From the NCBI GenBank assembly GCA_964016885.1, contig OZ024743.1, forward strand, positions 31,682,001 to 31,746,000: a DNA stretch of 64,000 bases. Reading direction: 5' to 3'. A program made the position numbers and the translations under genes. The notes beneath the pieces were generated by a model. That model was not told the origin of the DNA. It searched no databases and saw nothing but the letters and a program-made list of their open reading frames with translations. The DNA comes from Eledone cirrhosa (lineage: Eukaryota). This document shows positions 58,345 through 64,000 of the stretch, one piece after another (position 1 is the first letter of the stretch; every line of letters begins with the position of its first letter).

Positions 58345-58530
58345 TAATTGTTTCTACATTTGGCACAAGGCCAGCAATAACCCAGTGTATTACTGGTACT
58401 TTATTTTATCGATATCGTAAGGATGAAAGACAAAGTTAACCCCCGCGGGATTTGAACTCAGAATGGCAAGGGCCGTAAATTTATGCGTCAAAGCATGGCG
58501 TCCGACCCTCTACCGATACTGCCAATCCAT
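58345..58530 (-). mobile_element. SINE, same family as 6900-7119 (short-tail variant)
   Basis: Shared core and head sequence. Confidence 0.85.
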
Positions 58531-59045
58531 TAATCATTATGATGAAGTCCACGGCGATGTCACTCGGTCACTAATCTTGAAAAATATGACATATGCTCAC
58601 ATTCACCTACAACACACTTACACAAAATGATATCCATTATATCTTCAACTATGAATGCTCTTAAGTATTTAGGCTATGAACACACATAGTAATATAGTCT
58701 ATAACTTACGAATCAGTACTTTTGCCTAAGATGCAGTAACACTTCACTTACCCATAAATATCGGTCAGAGAATTTGAAATAGACACCTAGTTAAAGCTGA
58801 CGTATTACTGATCGCACGCATACAATCTGCGTCTAACTATGAAACATAAGGTAGTGTTATCAATTTTCGAGTTTATGATTCATTACAAATTAGCCTATTT
58901 TTATAAAAAGAGCGCATTTTATTCTCGTTTACACATACGCATACACACGCGCGCACACGCACGCACACACACACACACACACATACACACACACGCACAC
59001 ACACAGACACACACACACACACACACACACATACACATACACACG

Positions 59046-59111
<66 letters not shown>

Positions 59112-59585
59112 AAATTGAGGTTGGTAATGGCACATGGAATATATAAGAGACAGAATACTTTTTTGTGAAAAAACATATAATTTTATAAGGTAAGGAAATA
59201 ATAAAGAGTATAAAAAATGACCGGTTACGATGGGTCTGCAAAACCATCTTTTCAAATGTTGATTAATATTAAGAAAAATTAATAAGAAGAAGAGTTAAAA
59301 TTTGAGATTTGAAAATTCAAGTATAGAATTCATTGTAGGATTTCATAGTTTTCATCTTGGTAGCAGCTCGTTGACTGCTTCTGGTAGTGAATGAAAAGTT
59401 ATTTGGGGTCTGGATTATTTTATAAAGGTCAAATTTAGCAATGGCCAGATGGCCAGCTGCTGGTCAGTGAGGGAGTGGAAGCAATATACATACATATATC
59501 TTCCTGTGCTCGGTAGGAGAGGGGAGATTGATAGAAAGGGATTTAGTGCACTTACACCTATATATACACACATAACTTCATCCAC

Positions 59586-59668
<83 letters not shown>

Positions 59669-59731
59669 CACACATACATACACACACACATACATATACA
59701 TACACACATACACACATACATATATGCACAT

Positions 59732-59772
<41 letters not shown>

Positions 59773-60079
59773 TATACATACACACACATCCAGATACACA
59801 CAAACATACATACACACACACACATATATATATATATATGTGTACATACATATATATACACCCATATACATACACATATATATACACACACCCACACATA
59901 CATACACACACACATATATGTACATACACACATACAAACACACACACACACACATATATACACATACACACACATATATATATACACACACACATATATA
60001 TATATACACATACGCATACATCCAGATACACACATACATACACACACACACGCACACACAATACATACATCCACATGCA

Positions 60080-60140
<61 letters not shown>

Positions 60141-60534
60141 ATACACATACATACACCCACACACAGAGAAATGGCCTCCAAATATATATATATACATATA
60201 TACACATATATTGTTTCCATAATATAAGAAGTTAGGGCAGTGAAATTAAAATACAAGTCATTCTGATCACATTTAGTTCTTCATGTAGATTGGGCCCCGC
60301 AACCGACAGTGGTGAATTCTGTGTGCGCATATATATATAGATATATGTGTGTGCACGTGCAGGGTTTAACATGGATGTGTTGGTTACACAAAGGCATGGT
60401 CTGTCAACGAATAAACCTGATTCTACAGAATTGGTCTCTGGTCTTTAATAGTAGTGATAATTATATACATGCACACATACAAACACATATATCTGTCACT
60501 CCGTGCGTATGTGTGTTTATATTTTATGACAATT

Positions 60535-62268
60535 CTATTGGGGTGATAACCCGTTTAGTTTTGGTTTAAATTTGTTAAGGAATAGATTTTCTTTGTTTAT
60601 TCTTTGTTGCTGTGTGAACGAATCTGAGCACTTGTAGAAGGGGAAGATTTTAAAGTTGGGTAGTGTCATACCAGCGCAGTTCGCAATATGGCTGCTCAAG
60701 GGGATTTTTCTTGTGCTAGCGTCCCGGATTTGTTGGCGGTGGATGGTCATTCTTTTGTGTAATGAGGTGCCCGTCTGTCCTATGTAGTTGTGTTTGCACC
60801 CGCCGCAAGTTATTGCGTAAATCAAGTTCTCCGAGTTGCAGGTGAAATTGTTTTTTACTATAAATGTTTGGCCATCTTTAAATGTAAATTTTTGTCCTTC
60901 AGTGAGGTAGAGGCACGTTCCACAGTTTGTTCTACCACATTTGGTAACTGTAGGATTGAGGATTGGTTTGGGTATATTTGGTCCAGTGAGAATGCGTTTT
61001 AGTGATTTGGGTTGTCTTTTACTTTTAAGGATCTTGTGTGTTTCAAGAATAGACTTCATTTTTACATCTTTAAGTAGGATGGGGAGGTTTTTGTGTAGGT
61101 GATCAAACATTTCGGTATTTCTGGGGTTGAAAGTGGATACATATGGCAGGGTGTTGAGTGTGGTTTTCTGTTTTGGATTGTTAAGTTGATGGGGATTTAG
61201 GTGTTTTGCCCTGTCTATTCCATTGTTGATTATTTCAAGTGGAAAGGCTCTTAAGATAAGGGTGTCTTTTAGATCCTTTAGTCTTTGCTCCCGTTAAGGT
61301 GGATCTGATACTATGGTACATATACGTTTGGCCAAATTGTAAGGAATGTTAAGTTTTGTATGTTTTGGGTGACTTGATGTGAAAAAGAGGTATTGCTTGG
61401 AATCTGTGGGTTTATAGAATATATCTGTATCTAATTTCCCGTCTATTACAGAGATGAGAATATCCAAGAAGGCTAATTCCTTGGGATTGGATTCCATTGT
61501 GAATTGTATGTTATTATCTATGTTGTTTATCATGTTTTTAAACATAGTAAGTGAGTTCATGTCTTCTTGCCATAGGATAAAGCAGTCGTCTAGATATCTT
61601 TTCCAATTGGCTTTGAGGTGTGTGTGGAAAGAGTCTCCAAATAAGAGAAGGGACTGACTGTATATTTGTTGTTCATGGAATCCCATGACTAGGTTGGCAT
61701 ATGTGGGTGCTACTTTCGTGCCCATTGCCGTACCTCATACTTGTCTGTATGTTGAACCATTGAATGTGAAGTAGTTATTTTGTAGGATAAAGCGGAGTCC
61801 GTCAGTGATAAAATCTTTGTTGATGCGTGTCGGTATTTCTGATGGGTGTGTGTTAAGCCAGTATTGGACTGCTGTTATTCCATAGTTGTGGGGTATGTTT
61901 GTGTAGAGGTTTATTACGTCAAAGGAGACAAGAATTGTATTTGCACTTATTGTTTTAGGGAGGTGTTTCAGCATGTCAAGGTCATCTCGTATGTAGCTCT
62001 GTATATGTTGTAGAAAGGGTTTCAGTAGGATGTCCAGAAAGTTGCTAAGTCTGTGGGTTTCACATGTAGGGCCTGCTATAATTGGCCTGAGTTTTAGGTC
62101 TTCTGGTGGTGTTAGTTCAATGTAATTGTTGGTTGAGGTGTCACATGCATCGTTTATGGGTTTACATTTGTGGAGTTTCGGTAAGCCGTAAAAAGAGCTT
62201 GTATTGCATTTGAAGTGGCTTATATAGTTAAACTCTTTTGTGGTTAAGCTGTTGCGGTATTTATTCAG
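60535..62268 (-). pseudogene. Neptune PLE RT + GIY-YIG, one reading frame with two internal stops
   Basis: ORFs 61735-62379, 61294-61725 and 60535-61110 are in the same frame; TGA at 61735-61737 (RQV*GTAMG) and TAA at 61294-61296. Confidence 0.9.
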
Positions 62269-62785
62269 TATTCTTGAAACACACAAGATCCTTAAAAGTA
62301 AAAGACAACCCAAATCACTAAAACGCATTCTCACTGGACCAAATATACCCAAACCAATCCTCAACCCTACAGTTACCAAATGTGGTAGAACAAACTGTGG
62401 AACGTGCCTCTACCTCACTGAAGGACAAAAATTTACATTTAAAGATGGCCAAACATTTACAGTAAAAAACAATTTCACCTGCAACTCGGAGAACTTGATT
62501 TACGCAATAACTTGCGGTGGGTGCAAACACAACTACATAGGACAGACGGGCACCTCATTACGCAAAAGAATGACCATCCACCGCCAACAAATCCGGGACG
62601 CTAGCACAAGAAAAATCCCCTTGAGCAGCCATATTGCGAACTGCGCAGGTATGACACTACCCAACTTTAAAATCTTCCCCTTCTACAAGTGCTCAGATTC
62701 GTTCACACAGCAACAAAGAATAAACAAAGAAAATCTATTCCTTAACAAATTTAAACTAAAACTAAACGGGTTATCACCCCAATAG
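62269..62785 (+). pseudogene. Inverted duplicate of the GIY-YIG endonuclease coding segment (open frame, no native start)
   Basis: ORF 62240-62785 differs from 60535-61110 at only about three residues over the shared part. Confidence 0.85.
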
Positions 62786-63172
62786 AATTGTCATAAAATA
62801 TAAACACACATACGCACGGAGTGACAGATATATGTGTTTGTATGTGTGCATGTATATAATTATCACTACTATTAAAGACCAGAGACCAATTCTGTAGAAT
62901 CAGGTTTATTCGTTGACAGACCATGCCTTTGTGTAACCAACACATCCATGTTAAACCCTGCACGTACACACACATATATCTATATATATATGCGCACACA
63001 GAATTCACCACTGTCGGTTGCGGGGCCCAATCTACATGAAGAACTAAATGTGATCAGAATGACTTGTATTTTAATTTCACTGCCCTAACTTCTTATATTA
63101 TGGAAACAATATATGTGTATGTATGTATATATATATATTTGGAGGTCATTTCTCTGTGTGTGGGTGTATGTA

Positions 63173-63212
<40 letters not shown>

Positions 63213-63240
63213 TGCATGTGGATGTATGTATTGTGTGTGC

Positions 63241-63284
<44 letters not shown>

Positions 63285-63317
63285 GTGTATCTGGATGTAT
63301 GCGTATGTGTATATATA

Positions 63318-63348
<31 letters not shown>

Positions 63349-63503
63349 GTGTGTATGTGTATATATGTGTGTATGTATGTGTGTGTTTGTACGTGTGTAT
63401 GTATATATATGTGCGTGTGTATGTATGTGTGGGTGTGTGTATATATATCTGTATGTATGTGTGTGTATATATATGTATGTACACATATATATATATATAT
63501 ATA

Positions 63504-63562
<59 letters not shown>

Positions 63563-64000
63563 ATGTGCATATATGTGTGTGTGTATGTGTGTATGTATAT
63601 GTATGTGTGTGTGTATGTATGTGTGTCTATGTATATATATATGTATGTATGTGTGGATGAAGGTATGGGTGTATATATAGGTGTAAGTGCACTAAATCCC
63701 TTTCTATCAATCTCCCCTCTCCTACCGAGCACAGGAAGATATATGTATGTATATTGCTTCCACCCCCTCACTGACCAGCAGCTGGCCATCTGGCCATTGC
63801 TAAATTTGACCTTTATAAAATAACCCACACCCAAATAACTTCTCATTCACTACCAGAAGCAGTCAACGAGCTGCTACCAAGATGAAAACTACTATGAAAT
63901 CCCACAATGAGTTCTATACTTGAATTTTCAAACCTCAAATTTTAACTCTTCTTATTATTAATTTTTCTTAATATTAATCAACATTTGAAAAGATGGCTTT

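Larger units (their letters stand above)
59111..64000 (-). mobile_element. Young Neptune-type PLE, 5'-truncated, with ~1.8-kb inverted duplication (arms 59240-61051 / 62269-64000+)
   Basis: FYGLPKLHK, LRPII, SFDVINLYTNIPH, GTAMG..APTYANL, RYLDDCF, YKPTD, C-x4-C-x2-C, NLIYAITC..C..NYIGQT; the two arms encode near-identical GIY-YIG domains. Confidence 0.93.

Noticed and set aside
59415-60256. Long ORFs of 200-260 aa (also 63064-63846, 52005-52505, 24811-25264, 9556-9919)
   Set aside because: Translations of (TA)n/(CA)n microsatellites (YIYI, HTHT, VCVC); no coding signal.
60255-60330. GC-rich island in the Neptune 3' UTR with superficial CPEB3/HDV-ribozyme-like words (ttcatgt, tgaattctg)
   Set aside because: I could not build P1 or a convincing P2, and the resemblance is on the antisense strand of the element.

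Overview
AT-rich, microsatellite-laden animal genomic DNA, most likely an octopod cephalopod (inferred from the SINE family). I found no convincing host exon, and almost all long ORFs in the supplied track are microsatellite translations. The window is a transposon graveyard dominated by Penelope-like retroelements (PLEs): two Naiad-type RT+GIY-YIG elements (34-37.7 kb, 44.8-49.2 kb), a young Neptune-type element with ~1.8-kb inverted arms (59.1-64 kb), several 5'-truncated Neptune/Naiad ends, and about ten fold-back remnants beside (TA)n tracts. The most notable signal is a set of minimal type-I hammerhead ribozyme motifs in the PLE terminal repeats. They fall into three catalytic-core versions that appear to track element clade: canonical CUGANGA, a U3:A8 covariant UUGAAAA in Neptune copies, and CCGANGA in Naiad copies. 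A second conserved, unassigned stem-loop motif lies downstream of the Naiad hammerhead. Also present are two copies of an internally deleted mariner with ~103-bp TIRs, a Chapaev3-like DNA transposon with TAA TSD, RTE, Tx1/L1 and CRE-like LINE fragments, a Gypsy-like 3' LTR and tRNA-derived Nin/Deu-domain SINEs. All structures were read by eye; no searches or folding programs were run.
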